Positions 7,753 to 17,549 of a stretch of 64,000 nucleotides of DNA are shown here, in pieces. The translations under genes and the position numbers were made by a program. Numbering within the stretch: position 1 is the stretch's first letter; every line of letters starts with the position of its first letter. The notes beneath the pieces are model-generated. The model ran no database searches and had not been told where the DNA came from. It saw only the letters and a program-made list of their open reading frames with translations. The DNA is from Alphaproteobacteria bacterium (GTDB taxonomy: Bacteria; Pseudomonadota; Alphaproteobacteria; RF32; CAG-239), in NCBI GenBank assembly GCA_015062235.1, contig SUUZ01000008.1, positions 272-64,271 on the forward strand, in the 5' to 3' direction.

Positions 7753-8709
7753 TTAATGTTTTTTTACATAAAATTTTATTTTGCAAAAACGATAAACTAT
7801 TCCATATTCTTTATATCTCTTTTCAAAAATAAAATTTTTAATATGGTTTATAATTTTTTGCCAAAATGAAATTTTTAATGGTTTGATGTTGTTAAGTTTA
7901 AGACTTTTTTCGATTAAATTATAATCATATTTTGAATATTTGTTAATAAATAAAGGAGCTAACAAATTAAAATGGTTAACATTAAAACCAAAAGCTTGTT
8001 TTTTTATAAAAGGCATTCCTAGTAAAAATAGAATAAAAAAATCATCATCATAACAACGAACTTTATTGGGACGAAAATGATGAAAAATTCGGATTGATAA
8101 AGGTATTGTTCTTATATTACTTTTGATAAATTTTTTGTGTTGTTTTATTTGTTGTCTTAAATTCTTGGAAGAAAAGACACAATCCCATTTTAAGCCTTTC
8201 TCAGTAATCATATCCGAAAGCCCTATTTCATAAAGTCGTACTATATCATTTTTATCTATTTCCTCACCTATTGAAGTTATAAAATTTTTAAACCAACTGC
8301 TTAGGAATATATCTTGTTTTAAGATAATAAAAAAGCTCATCATAAATTTGTTGCCACATATAGACCATGCTGATACTTGGGAATCTTGCATTTTAGCAAA
8401 AATTGTATCTAGTGAAAATAGGGGGCCAAAACAAGAATCATTTACTAGCAAAATCTCATCATATTTTTTTAAGTTGTCAATTTTAGAAAACAAAATTCCC
8501 CAAGATCCAAAGTCATATTTTTTATGTCTTTGTGCTATCGTATATTTGGTGTATGGAGTAATTTTTTGTAATTCTATTTGAGATAGTTCGCAATCTGCAC
8601 AATAATAGATATCGGCGTATTTAGATAGTTCTTTAATATAATATACAACATAATCTTCAATAACACTTTTTGAGCTATATCCTGCAAATAGGCACAAACG
8701 CTTTACCAT
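7753..8709 (-). CDS. Rhamnan-synthesis protein F (RgpF)-like glycosyltransferase
   Basis: N-terminus KRLCLFAGYSSKSVIEDYVVYYIKELSKYADIYY is characteristic of the RgpF family. It is paralogous to 28202..29101. Basic amphipathic C-terminal tail. Confidence 0.6.
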   Translation of the reverse strand: MVKRLCLFAGYSSKSVIEDYVVYYIKELSKYADIYYCADCELSQIELQKITPYTKYTIAQRHKKYDFGSWGILFSKIDNLKKYDEILLVNDSCFGPLFSLDTIFAKMQDSQVSAWSICGNKFMMSFFIILKQDIFLSSWFKNFITSIGEEIDKNDIVRLYEIGLSDMITEKGLKWDCVFSSKNLRQQIKQHKKFIKSNIRTIPLSIRIFHHFRPNKVRCYDDDFFILFLLGMPFIKKQAFGFNVNHFNLLAPLFINKYSKYDYNLIEKSLKLNNIKPLKISFWQKIINHIKNFIFEKRYKEYGIVYRFCKIKFYVKKH

Positions 8710-8734
8710 GTTTTATCTTCCTTTTAAACAAACA

Positions 8735-8903
8735 CAAAAAAAGTCGCTTGATGAGGGCGACTGGAAGTTGAAAGCATTTGCAAGAAATGTGCAGTGTATT
8801 TGGTATTATATATACATATATACCTTATTAGCTGCCTTCCAGTCGATAGACTAAAAGGCAGTTTTTACGTTCATCAAAGGAACAACTTGCAAGAGGCTTT
8901 CAA
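8735..8903 (-). promoter_or_regulatory. Structured leader with terminator and competing helices upstream of the RgpF-like gene
   Basis: On the minus strand, hairpin agtcgc/gcgact (8742-8762) plus a U7 run (8735-8741) lies about 25 nt before the AAGGAAG SD and the ATG at 8709. A 10-bp alternative helix (8758-8767 with 8836-8845) consumes the terminator 5' arm. An upstream hairpin ctgcctt/aaggcag (8832-8861) overlaps that helix. There is one further long-range pairing, 8768-8784 with 8886-8903. Confidence 0.5.
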
Positions 8904-9100
8904 ACCTCACATTGGTTATCATCCAATGCGAAATTGATGCTATCTGAAATGCTAGCAAAAGTCAATAAACAACCTAATTGCTTTTTTATAAATAGGTTGG
9001 ATAGAGTGATTACTTCAATAGATTCGGTAATGACATTTTTTACTTGAAATATATGTATATATGTGTTAGTTGTGCCAAATATTTAAATTTTTATGTATGA

Positions 9101-9634
9101 ATGATGTTTAACTTAATAAAAATTATAATTATGGAAAATTACATTGTATCACGAGCAATTTTAGTTGTCTTTACAGCTATTCATCTTTTTGTTCTTTATG
9201 TTGGAGCGAGTGGACTTATTACCTGTCACATTAACAAATTACGACTTCGAGCTTTTTTTATTACAGAGCTTGTCTTGTTTACAGGTTTTATCGTATATGA
9301 CTGTATTGCTTATCCACCTGTAGCTGGTTGGCTTGCTGCAATTTTTGCCTATTTGTTTATTTATTCGGTAATTATTGCGACATGGCTTTTGTTCTCAATT
9401 CATGCAATCTTAGAAAAAGATGTTTACTATGATATGAAAACAGAAGAAATAATTAGTATACGAGGTGATGATTATATTAAAGGTTTTGTTGTTGTCGACA
9501 ATGATTTTGAAGCTGATGTTGTCTTACCTTGGAAAGAATACGAAGCTTTGCCCGCCAATCCTCCTGAAATTTTAAAGGTAAAATTTAAAGAGGTGCTTTA
9601 TGGATTTGCAATAGTTGTTGTTACTACTGCCTAG
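9101..9634 (+). CDS. Membrane protein, function unknown
   Basis: Four hydrophobic helices in the N-terminal ~100 aa, then a soluble C-terminal part. No family recognised. The exact start is uncertain (several Met codons). Confidence 0.5.
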   Translation: MMFNLIKIIIMENYIVSRAILVVFTAIHLFVLYVGASGLITCHINKLRLRAFFITELVLFTGFIVYDCIAYPPVAGWLAAIFAYLFIYSVIIATWLLFSIHAILEKDVYYDMKTEEIISIRGDDYIKGFVVVDNDFEADVVLPWKEYEALPANPPEILKVKFKEVLYGFAIVVVTTA

Positions 9635-9638
9635 TGTC

Positions 9639-9678
9639 AAAACCGCTGTATCTATCAAAGAAACAGCGGTTTTGTTTT
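9639..9678. terminator. Bidirectional hairpin terminator between convergent genes
   Basis: Stem aaaaccgctgt (9639-9649) / acagcggtttt (9663-9673), with T-rich flanks on both strands. Confidence 0.75.
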
Positions 9679-9686
9679 ACCTAACA

Positions 9687-10130
9687 TTATCCAGTTATCA
9701 TAGCTGTAAAAGTCGCCTCAGAACATATAGTATCACCAAGGTATGCTTTACCTTCAAAAACAAAAACCTTGCCACGTTCTTTAATCTTTCTAACATGCAT
9801 TTTTAGCATGGTATCTGGAACAACTGGTTTGCGAAATTTTACACCATCAACAGACATAAAGAATACACCCTTTTTATCATTTTTATAGTTAGGCATATTT
9901 TCTATAACAACACAACCTGCAACCTGAGCCATCGCTTCAATTTGCAATACTCCTGGCATAATAGGATTGTTTGGAAAATGACCACGGAAAAAGTCTTGAG
10001 CCATTGTAATGCTTTTGTAACCAACACCTTCAACACCATCTTCTAAAATCTCTAATTTTTCAACAAACAAAAATGGATCTCGATGAGGGAGCATTTCTTT
10101 TATTTCATCTTCATTATATGTTTTTACCAT
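9687..10130 (-). CDS. fabZ: 3-hydroxyacyl-ACP dehydratase FabZ
   Basis: LPHRDPFLFVEK...FFRGHFPNNPIMPGVLQIEAMAQ hot-dog motifs. 147 aa. Located directly downstream of lpxD. Confidence 0.95.
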   Translation of the reverse strand: MVKTYNEDEIKEMLPHRDPFLFVEKLEILEDGVEGVGYKSITMAQDFFRGHFPNNPIMPGVLQIEAMAQVAGCVVIENMPNYKNDKKGVFFMSVDGVKFRKPVVPDTMLKMHVRKIKERGKVFVFEGKAYLGDTICSEATFTAMITG

Positions 10131-10141
10131 TATGTTTTCCT

Positions 10142-11155
10142 TTATTTTTTACACATTTTTTGAATTGTAGCGGTTTGTTTCATAAAGTCGCGAAAACCTA
10201 TTGCTGGTATTCCCATGACTGCTGTTCCAGCTTCAACATCACGCATAACACCAGATTTAGCACCAATCTGAGCTTGAGAACCGATATTTAAATGATCTGC
10301 AAAACCTGCTTGCCCACCAACAACTACATAATCACCAAAATTACAACTTCCAGCTATACCTGTTAAAGCAACCAAAATACAGCCTCGACCTAAAACATCG
10401 TTGTGAGCAACTTGAACCAAGTTGTCAATACGACAGCCATCGCCTATAATTGTATCATCAAGAGCTCCTCTGTCGATACAGCTGTTTGCTCCGATTTCAA
10501 CATCATTACCAATAATTACTCGACCAAGTTGTGGTATACGTTTGTGTTGTCCTTGAACTGTTTGAAAACCAAAACCATCCCAGCCAATACGTGCACCACC
10601 ATAGATATAAACATTATTACCAATGATTGAGTGCATAATATTAGCACAAGAACCTATTCTACAATCATTACCAAGTTTGCAACCGTCAGCAATTACACAG
10701 TTTGGTTCTAAATAGCAATTGTCACCAATTTCTACATTTTCACCAATAACTACATAATCACCTATATAGCAATTTTGGCCAATTTTAGCTGTTTTTGCAA
10801 TTTTAGCTGTTTCGCATATTTTAGCTTCTGATAAAATTTCGCTATACATAGCATAGTTTAATTTAACAAAGCTATCATGAGGATTATCGCTAAGCAAAAC
10901 AATAACATTTTGTGGTATCAAGCTGGCAAAGTCTTTTGATGTTACACAAGCAGTTGTCTTAATGTTGGTGGCTGCGTCTTTTTTCTTTTTATCAAAGAAA
11001 AAAGATATTTCACCCTCGCCTCCTTTGAAAATGCTAGCAATATCATTAATCATAATATCAGACTTTGTTTCATCAACCAAAGAAGCATTACAGATTTCAG
11101 CAATCTGCTTTAATGAAAAAGGTCCATTATTTTTGTAAAAACGAGGATCAACCAT
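10142..11155 (-). CDS. lpxD: UDP-3-O-acylglucosamine N-acyltransferase LpxD
   Basis: N-terminal LpxD-type domain followed by a long hexapeptide-repeat region. Sits in the conserved position between bamA and fabZ. Confidence 0.9.
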   Translation of the reverse strand: MVDPRFYKNNGPFSLKQIAEICNASLVDETKSDIMINDIASIFKGGEGEISFFFDKKKKDAATNIKTTACVTSKDFASLIPQNVIVLLSDNPHDSFVKLNYAMYSEILSEAKICETAKIAKTAKIGQNCYIGDYVVIGENVEIGDNCYLEPNCVIADGCKLGNDCRIGSCANIMHSIIGNNVYIYGGARIGWDGFGFQTVQGQHKRIPQLGRVIIGNDVEIGANSCIDRGALDDTIIGDGCRIDNLVQVAHNDVLGRGCILVALTGIAGSCNFGDYVVVGGQAGFADHLNIGSQAQIGAKSGVMRDVEAGTAVMGIPAIGFRDFMKQTATIQKMCKK

Positions 11156-11166
11156 TTGTTATCTCC

Positions 11167-13425
11167 TTATAGTCTAGTACCAAAGTTCAAACGGAATACT
11201 TCTGTTTCGTCATAGTCTTCTTTAACAATTGGGAAACCAAAGTCAACATCTATCTGTCCCATTGGTGACAACCATTGGAATCCAAAACCAACCGAAACAC
11301 GAGGTGTGTCTGAGTAATAAATATCGTCTGTATTTAAGTTGTCAGGCTTGCCAATCATACCAACATCAGTAAATACATGAGCAGAAATTCCTAGTTCATC
11401 AAGCCCAATTGGGAAACCAAATTCGGCACCTGAATACACCATCCAATTACCACCTAAAGCATCATTGGTGTATTTGTCACGGGCACCTATACCACCTGCT
11501 TCAAAACCACGCATTGTATAACCACCTAGGAAATAACGGTTAGCTAGACGTACTGTTTCGTCACCATAAGCTTCTATCATACCAGCATTAACAAATAGCT
11601 TTAAAGTATAGTAGTCAGCCATCGTATTGTACCAATATGCTTTACCATCAAATTTGACATATTTTTCATCACCACCAAGACCTGCAACATCTGTACCTGC
11701 AGATAAGAAATAGCCATCACGAGTAAACATTGCGCTATCACGTTTGTCATAAACAAATGTTGTTCCAATTGATGAGTTAGTATATTTGCCTTTTTCATCT
11801 TTAATATATTTAGAAGCATATTCGCCAACGCTAGTAATTTCATCTTGTTTTAAGGTATAGCGTAACTGTTGAGATAAATCATCAGTATAGTTCCAACCTG
11901 TACGTAAACGACCACCAGTTATTTTGCTGTCGTATGAACTTTCATCTTGATAGTCTTGACGAGAATGAAATAAGTCAACACCTGCACGCAAACGACGATT
12001 AAGGAAATATGGTTCTGTGAAGCTGACATCAAAATCTTGTGATTTTTGTGAAACCGCAACATCAAAACCTAAACGTTGACCAAGACCGCGGAAATTGTTT
12101 TCGGTAACACCTGTCCTAACCAAAGCACCATTTACTGTTGAATAACCAATACCAACATTAAAATAACCCGTAGATTTTTCTTTAACTTCAATATCTAAAT
12201 CTGCCCGATTGTTATCTTTTGGATTGGTGTTGATTTCAACTTTTTCAAAGTAATCAAGATTTTCAACGTTACGACGAGAATCCTTAATTTTAGCCGCATT
12301 AAAAGCATCGCCCTCATTAATACGTAATTCTCGACGTATAACTTTGTCGTGAGTATTGGTGTTTCCTTTGATATTAATTCTATCTACAAAAAAGCGACTA
12401 CCCTCTTTAATGCGGAACGAGACATTAGCATCGCCAGTTGCTGTATTTTTGCTAACATCTGGTACAACCTCAACAAAAGCATATCCTCTTTTACCTAACT
12501 CGTCAGTTAGAGCTGTTACAGTTTTATCTATAGCATCAGAGTTATATTTTTCATCAACCTCAACTTCTATAAATTTATTAAAATCTTCAGCATTAACATC
12601 AGCTATTTCAGAGACTATATCAACATTTCTGACTGTATATTTTTTGCCTTCATCGACAACAAAAGTTAAAGTGAAAGATTTTTTATCAGGACTTAATTCG
12701 GCAATACCTGAAACAACTCTAAAATCAGCATAGCCTTTCTTTAAATAAAAACGTCGTAATAACTCTTTGTCATAATTTGTTTTTTCGGCATCATAGTTTT
12801 CTGCTGATGAAAAAATACGATACCAACGGCTTTCTTTACTCATTAATACTTCTTGAAGTTCTTTAGCTGAGTAATGCTCATTACCAATAAAGTTTATTTT
12901 ATCAATGACAGCTAGAGGACCTTCATTTATATTAAAAATTAAATCGACACGATTTTGATCACGACGAATAATTTCTGGGTTTACAACCGTTGCATATCGT
13001 CCACTCCGCTTGTAAACATCTAGAATACGGCGAACATCATCTTGAACTTTGGCTCGTGAATAAGTAGATCGTGGGGTTAATCTAATTTCACTTTCAAGCA
13101 TGGTATCATCAACGTCTTCATTACCATCAAACAAAACCTCTGATATAACAGGATTTTCAGATACTTTTACAAACATTGTTCCATTGTTGACATTTATTGC
13201 AACATCTTCAAAAAGACCTGTTGCATATAGATTTTTTAGAGCATCATTTAATTGCTCATCATTAGTATTTTGACCTGATTTGATATTAACATAGGACTTT
13301 ACAGTTTCTGCCTCAACACGCTCTAATCCTTCAACTTTAATATCTTTTACATAAACATCCGCAGCTAGTGTGCTAGTTGATGCTAAAAGACTAAATACAT
13401 AAGTACCTAAACATATTTTTTTCAT
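11167..13425 (-). CDS. bamA: Outer membrane protein assembly factor BamA
   Basis: Signal peptide MKKICLGTYVFSLLASTSTLAA, POTRA repeats, and a C-terminal beta-barrel ending FRLNFGTRL. The track ORF begins 8 codons earlier (13449); MKK at 13425 fits the signal peptide better. Confidence 0.95.
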   Translation of the reverse strand: MKKICLGTYVFSLLASTSTLAADVYVKDIKVEGLERVEAETVKSYVNIKSGQNTNDEQLNDALKNLYATGLFEDVAINVNNGTMFVKVSENPVISEVLFDGNEDVDDTMLESEIRLTPRSTYSRAKVQDDVRRILDVYKRSGRYATVVNPEIIRRDQNRVDLIFNINEGPLAVIDKINFIGNEHYSAKELQEVLMSKESRWYRIFSSAENYDAEKTNYDKELLRRFYLKKGYADFRVVSGIAELSPDKKSFTLTFVVDEGKKYTVRNVDIVSEIADVNAEDFNKFIEVEVDEKYNSDAIDKTVTALTDELGKRGYAFVEVVPDVSKNTATGDANVSFRIKEGSRFFVDRINIKGNTNTHDKVIRRELRINEGDAFNAAKIKDSRRNVENLDYFEKVEINTNPKDNNRADLDIEVKEKSTGYFNVGIGYSTVNGALVRTGVTENNFRGLGQRLGFDVAVSQKSQDFDVSFTEPYFLNRRLRAGVDLFHSRQDYQDESSYDSKITGGRLRTGWNYTDDLSQQLRYTLKQDEITSVGEYASKYIKDEKGKYTNSSIGTTFVYDKRDSAMFTRDGYFLSAGTDVAGLGGDEKYVKFDGKAYWYNTMADYYTLKLFVNAGMIEAYGDETVRLANRYFLGGYTMRGFEAGGIGARDKYTNDALGGNWMVYSGAEFGFPIGLDELGISAHVFTDVGMIGKPDNLNTDDIYYSDTPRVSVGFGFQWLSPMGQIDVDFGFPIVKEDYDETEVFRLNFGTRL

Positions 13426-13452
13426 TTGTGTATCCCCACATAAGTACAAATT

Positions 13453-14580
13453 TTAAGAAAACCAACGATTAAACAAACGAGCAAAATCGTTATATGTTGC
13501 AAATAGCATTAAAGCTATGAGCAAAAGAAAACCAAACTTAAAGACATATTCTTTAGCTTGTTCGTTAATTTCACGACGAAGTAAAATTTCGATAATATAG
13601 ATAACAACATGACCACCATCAAGCATTGGTATAGGAAATAAATTTATTAAGCCCAAATTGATTGATAGTAATGCCATGAATATTAAAAAGTCTAACCAAG
13701 AACTAGACTTACTGATATCTCCAGACATTTCAGCAATACGGACAATACCACCTAAATCATCTGTTCCACGGCGACCTGTAATCATTTGCCCAACACCACG
13801 CAACGTAACAACGCTAACATCCCATGTTTTGATGCTAGCCTCTTTTACAGCTTCGAAAAATGATAGTTTTACAGGATCAAACTCAACCTCTGTTACTGAA
13901 ACAACACCAAGCATTGGTTTTTGCTCTTGCTTGAGCTCTTTATCAAGAGGAATAATTGCTAGAGTAACATCTAGTTTTATTTTTTGGTCACCGCGCATTA
14001 ATTCTAGCGCCACAGTCCCTGATGTATTCATTTGAACTTCTTGATGAAACTCGTTAAATGTTTTTACTTCGCGACCATCGACACTCAAAATCTTATCTTG
14101 AGGCATAATACCTGCCTTTTGAGCTGGACTTCCTTCTATTACCGAACCAATTATTGGTGGAAAATCCATTTTACCAAAAGAAAGAAGCATAGCTGTAAAA
14201 ACAACTATCGCAAATAAATAATTAAATGCAGGACCACCTATTACGATTGCTAATTTTTTGAAAGGATTTTGATAAGCAAACGCATATTTTTTTTCTTCTT
14301 CTGAAAGATTTGATGCCTCGTTAGAAGAAGATGCCGCATCTCCATCACCTAAAAATTTGCAATAACCTCCTAGTGGCACTGCAGATATTTTCCATAATGT
14401 TCCTGATGAATCACGCTTTCCCCACAGTTGTTTACCAAAACCAATTGAGAATTCAGCTACTTTAACACCACAAAGTTTGGCTATAATATAATGACCAAAT
14501 TCGTGTACAAAAACTAATATCCCAAGAAGAACAAGAAATGGGACAACATAATGAATTATATTGATAAGCCAATCCATCAA
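13453..14580 (-). CDS. rseP: Site-2 zinc metalloprotease RseP (M50)
   Basis: HEFGHY motif in TM1, a PDZ region, and a C-terminal NLFPIPMLDGGH motif. Confidence 0.9.
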   Translation of the reverse strand: MMDWLINIIHYVVPFLVLLGILVFVHEFGHYIIAKLCGVKVAEFSIGFGKQLWGKRDSSGTLWKISAVPLGGYCKFLGDGDAASSSNEASNLSEEEKKYAFAYQNPFKKLAIVIGGPAFNYLFAIVVFTAMLLSFGKMDFPPIIGSVIEGSPAQKAGIMPQDKILSVDGREVKTFNEFHQEVQMNTSGTVALELMRGDQKIKLDVTLAIIPLDKELKQEQKPMLGVVSVTEVEFDPVKLSFFEAVKEASIKTWDVSVVTLRGVGQMITGRRGTDDLGGIVRIAEMSGDISKSSSWLDFLIFMALLSINLGLINLFPIPMLDGGHVVIYIIEILLRREINEQAKEYVFKFGFLLLIALMLFATYNDFARLFNRWFS

Positions 14581-14586
14581 AAACTC

Positions 14587-15411
14587 CTATCTAATGATAT
14601 AAACCAAACTTAAAAGCATAACAAATGCAAAAGGTGCGGCGAAAATTAAACCATCTATACGATCAAAAATTCCACCATGTCCTGGTATTAGATTGCTAGA
14701 ATCTTTAATTCCTAAACGACGTTTCATATAGGACTCTATTAAATCACCTATTTGTGCTATCACAGCCAAAATAGCAGCCATTATTACATAGTATCTAGAT
14801 ACTTCCCAAGATGCTGCTCCAAAGAACCAACATACAGCATAGCTTATGGCCATAGCTAAAAGCATACCACCAATTAAGCCTGCCCATGTTTTATTTGGTG
14901 AGATTTTAGGAGCTAGTTTGGGACCTTTGATAGTACAACCAAAGATATAACCACCGATATCGACACCCCAAACTAAAAACAAAAACCACAATACAATCTG
15001 AGCACCATAGGCACTATAGATAGCTGTTATAGCCCCAATACCTATTGAAATATAAGGAATTCCTAAAAGTAAAAATTTGCGATATATCTCGCCTTTGGAT
15101 TTGAAAAAGGCTATGATAAAAGCTGTTACTATAACAAATGCATCAATAATTAGTGACTCTATTAAAATTACCGTAGCTGCGACAAACAGATAAGTTATAG
15201 CATAAAACAACTGACGAGAGGATGGAATCATATTAGCCCATTCCCATGACAATAACGCAGCACCTAACAATGCTAGCAAATAAATTGTTGGGTAACCAAA
15301 AACGACACATGCTACAACTATTGGTACTAGAACTAATGTAGTAGCTAACCGTTTTAAAAATGAATTTATCTTAGACTTTTCCATAGCGTCTCTCCCTTGA
15401 GTTGAAATCAT
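14587..15411 (-). CDS. cdsA: Phosphatidate cytidylyltransferase CdsA
   Basis: Polytopic membrane protein with signature SYMKRRLGIKDSSNLIPGHGGIFDRIDG. The start may be the internal Met at 15384. Either start overlaps the uppS 3' end. Confidence 0.9.
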   Translation of the reverse strand: MISTQGRDAMEKSKINSFLKRLATTLVLVPIVVACVVFGYPTIYLLALLGAALLSWEWANMIPSSRQLFYAITYLFVAATVILIESLIIDAFVIVTAFIIAFFKSKGEIYRKFLLLGIPYISIGIGAITAIYSAYGAQIVLWFLFLVWGVDIGGYIFGCTIKGPKLAPKISPNKTWAGLIGGMLLAMAISYAVCWFFGAASWEVSRYYVIMAAILAVIAQIGDLIESYMKRRLGIKDSSNLIPGHGGIFDRIDGLIFAAPFAFVMLLSLVYIIR

Positions 15412-16072
15412 TGATGATTTCTTTTAGTTCATTGACTGTAAAATCAGGCCATAATGTTTTGGTAAAAAATAATTCGCTGTAAGCTAATTGCCATAAAAGA
15501 TAGTTGCTTATGCGCTGTTCACCACTAGTTCTGATGACGATATCGGGATCAGGAATACCTGAGGTGTATAGCATGTTAGAAAACATATTTTCATCTATAT
15601 CATCTAAATGCAAATCACCTTTAGCAACTAATGATGAGGTACGCCGAACTGCTGACAAGATTTCAGCTCGTGAACCATAGCTTAGTGCGATACAAAAAGT
15701 AAACTTGTCGTTATTTAATGTCTCTTTTTCTAGATTGTTTATTTGCTCTATAATGTCTGGAGCTAACATATCTCTTTCACCAATAACCTTGATACGAGCT
15801 CCTCTATCTTTGATTTCTTTAAGTTCGCTTTTGAGATATTGACGCAGTAAGTTCATTAAATAATCTACTTCAGCCTTATCCCTTTTCCAATTTTCAGTAG
15901 AAAAAGCATAAACTGTCATACATTCAATGCCCATATCAGCAACTGCCTTAGCAATTTCTTGCAATGTCTCGGCACCCTTTTTATGACCTGCCGAACGAGG
16001 CAATCCTTGTTTTGATGCCCAACGTCCGTTTCCATCCATAATAATGGCGATATGTTTTAACTTTTTATCCAC
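15371..16072 (-). CDS. uppS: Undecaprenyl-diphosphate synthase UppS
   Basis: HIAIIMDGNGRWA and RTSGEQRISNYLLWQLAYSELFF motifs. Confidence 0.95.
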   Translation of the reverse strand: MDKKLKHIAIIMDGNGRWASKQGLPRSAGHKKGAETLQEIAKAVADMGIECMTVYAFSTENWKRDKAEVDYLMNLLRQYLKSELKEIKDRGARIKVIGERDMLAPDIIEQINNLEKETLNNDKFTFCIALSYGSRAEILSAVRRTSSLVAKGDLHLDDIDENMFSNMLYTSGIPDPDIVIRTSGEQRISNYLLWQLAYSELFFTKTLWPDFTVNELKEIINDFNSRERRYGKV

Positions 16073-16094
16073 GTTTACTCGTCCTAAACCAAGA

Positions 16095-16658
16095 TTATAC
16101 TTGGAGAATATCCTTTTCTTTTTGAGCTAACATTTCGTCTATCTTTTTTGTTGCATCATCTGTTAGCTTTTGAATCTCGGTTTCGTATCTCTTTTCATCA
16201 TCTTCTGATATAGCGTTATCCTTTTTTAGCTTTTTAATATCATCAAGAGCATCTCTGCGAATATTGCGAACAGCAACCTTAGAAGCCTCAGCATATTTGC
16301 CTGCAACCTTTGACAATTCGCGACGACGTTCTTCTGAAAGAGGTGGAATTGGAATACGAATTAACTGTCCATCTGAAGAAGGATTTAACCCCAAGTCAGA
16401 CTCCATAATTGCTTTTTCAACAGATTTGGCCAGTCCTCTATCCCAAACACTTACAGATAATGTACGAGCATCTGGAACAGAAATTGTACCAACCTGCGCT
16501 AAAGGTGTCATAGAACCATAAGCCTCAACCATAATACCATCAAGAAGACTAATATGAGCTCGCCCTGCCCGCAACGAACCAAAATCATTTTTTAGAGATT
16601 CAATTGTTTTATCCATACGATTTTTTGTATCATTTTTAATTTCTGAAAAGTCTGCCAT
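16095..16658 (-). CDS. frr: Ribosome recycling factor
   Basis: The Frr-like sequence starts at MADFSEIKNDTKNRMDKTIESLKNDF. The track ORF (to 16748) carries a 30-codon extension that would overlap pyrH, so I place the start at 16658. Confidence 0.9.
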   Translation of the reverse strand: MADFSEIKNDTKNRMDKTIESLKNDFGSLRAGRAHISLLDGIMVEAYGSMTPLAQVGTISVPDARTLSVSVWDRGLAKSVEKAIMESDLGLNPSSDGQLIRIPIPPLSEERRRELSKVAGKYAEASKVAVRNIRRDALDDIKKLKKDNAISEDDEKRYETEIQKLTDDATKKIDEMLAQKEKDILQV

Positions 16659-16668
16659 TGTTACCTCG

Positions 16669-17382
16669 TTATTTTCTGATAATTGTAAATTTTCCTTCGC
16701 CTTGCATAATGTTTTTAAGCGAATCTTCCTCATGCTGAGAAAATACAATAATTGGTATATTATTTTCTTTTGCCAATGAAACCGCCGTCAAATCCATAAC
16801 CTTAAGCTGTTTTTGTATAACATCATCATACGATATCTCATCAAAACGTTGAGCATCTGGGTTGGTCTTTGGATCTTTTGAATAAACCCCGTCAACCTGA
16901 GTTGATTTTAGGACAACCTCGCACTGCATCTCAGATGCACGCAACACTGCACCTGTATCTGTTGTAAAATAAGGATTCCCTGTTCCTCCTGCAAAGATAA
17001 CTACTCTTCCCTTTTCTAAATGACGAAGAGCTCGGCGATACATATAATTTTCGCAAGCTTGGGGAACGCTTAATCCAGACAGAACTCTGGTAGCAACATC
17101 ATTATTTTCCAAAGCATTTTGCAAACACAAAGCATTCATCAATGTTGCAAGCATGCCTACTTGATCAGCTACTGTACGATTCATGCCCTTAGCCGCCTCT
17201 TTGGCACCACGAAAAATATTTCCGCCACCAACAACTATACAAACATCTACCCCTGATTTACGAATATCTTTAATTTGTAGAGCAAGAGATTGCAAAATAT
17301 CTGGTGAAACACCAAAGCTTTTATCTCCCATAAGTCCTTCGCCCGAAAGTTTGAGCAAAACTCTTTTGTATATTGGTTTCAT
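16669..17382 (-). CDS. pyrH: UMP kinase PyrH
   Basis: YKRVLLKLSGEGL and IVVGGGNIFRG motifs. 237 aa. Confidence 0.95.
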   Translation of the reverse strand: MKPIYKRVLLKLSGEGLMGDKSFGVSPDILQSLALQIKDIRKSGVDVCIVVGGGNIFRGAKEAAKGMNRTVADQVGMLATLMNALCLQNALENNDVATRVLSGLSVPQACENYMYRRALRHLEKGRVVIFAGGTGNPYFTTDTGAVLRASEMQCEVVLKSTQVDGVYSKDPKTNPDAQRFDEISYDDVIQKQLKVMDLTAVSLAKENNIPIIVFSQHEEDSLKNIMQGEGKFTIIRK

Positions 17383-17549
17383 TATAAACTCTTATGCATA
17401 AAGTTGTTTTGTTTTATATTAATAAAAAGAATCGTTTTGTCATCAAAATTCTTCATTTGCTTAACAACCTATTGTAAAAAGGTTGCCAAAAAGTGAATCT
17501 TGGAGTAATTAATATTTGAGTCTTGATTTTTAATGCTTAGAGAGGGTTT

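Noticed and set aside
12356-14217. Plus-strand ORFs inside bamA and rseP (12356..12733, 13658..14035, 14032..14217), and similar ones in frr, pyrH, dprA and topA
   Set aside because: They are antisense or alternative-frame ORFs within strongly supported housekeeping genes, with Ser/Thr/Leu-rich nonsense composition.
16659-16748. 30-codon 5' extension of frr in the ORF track
   Set aside because: It overlaps the pyrH 3' end. Frr homology begins at MADFSEIK (16658).
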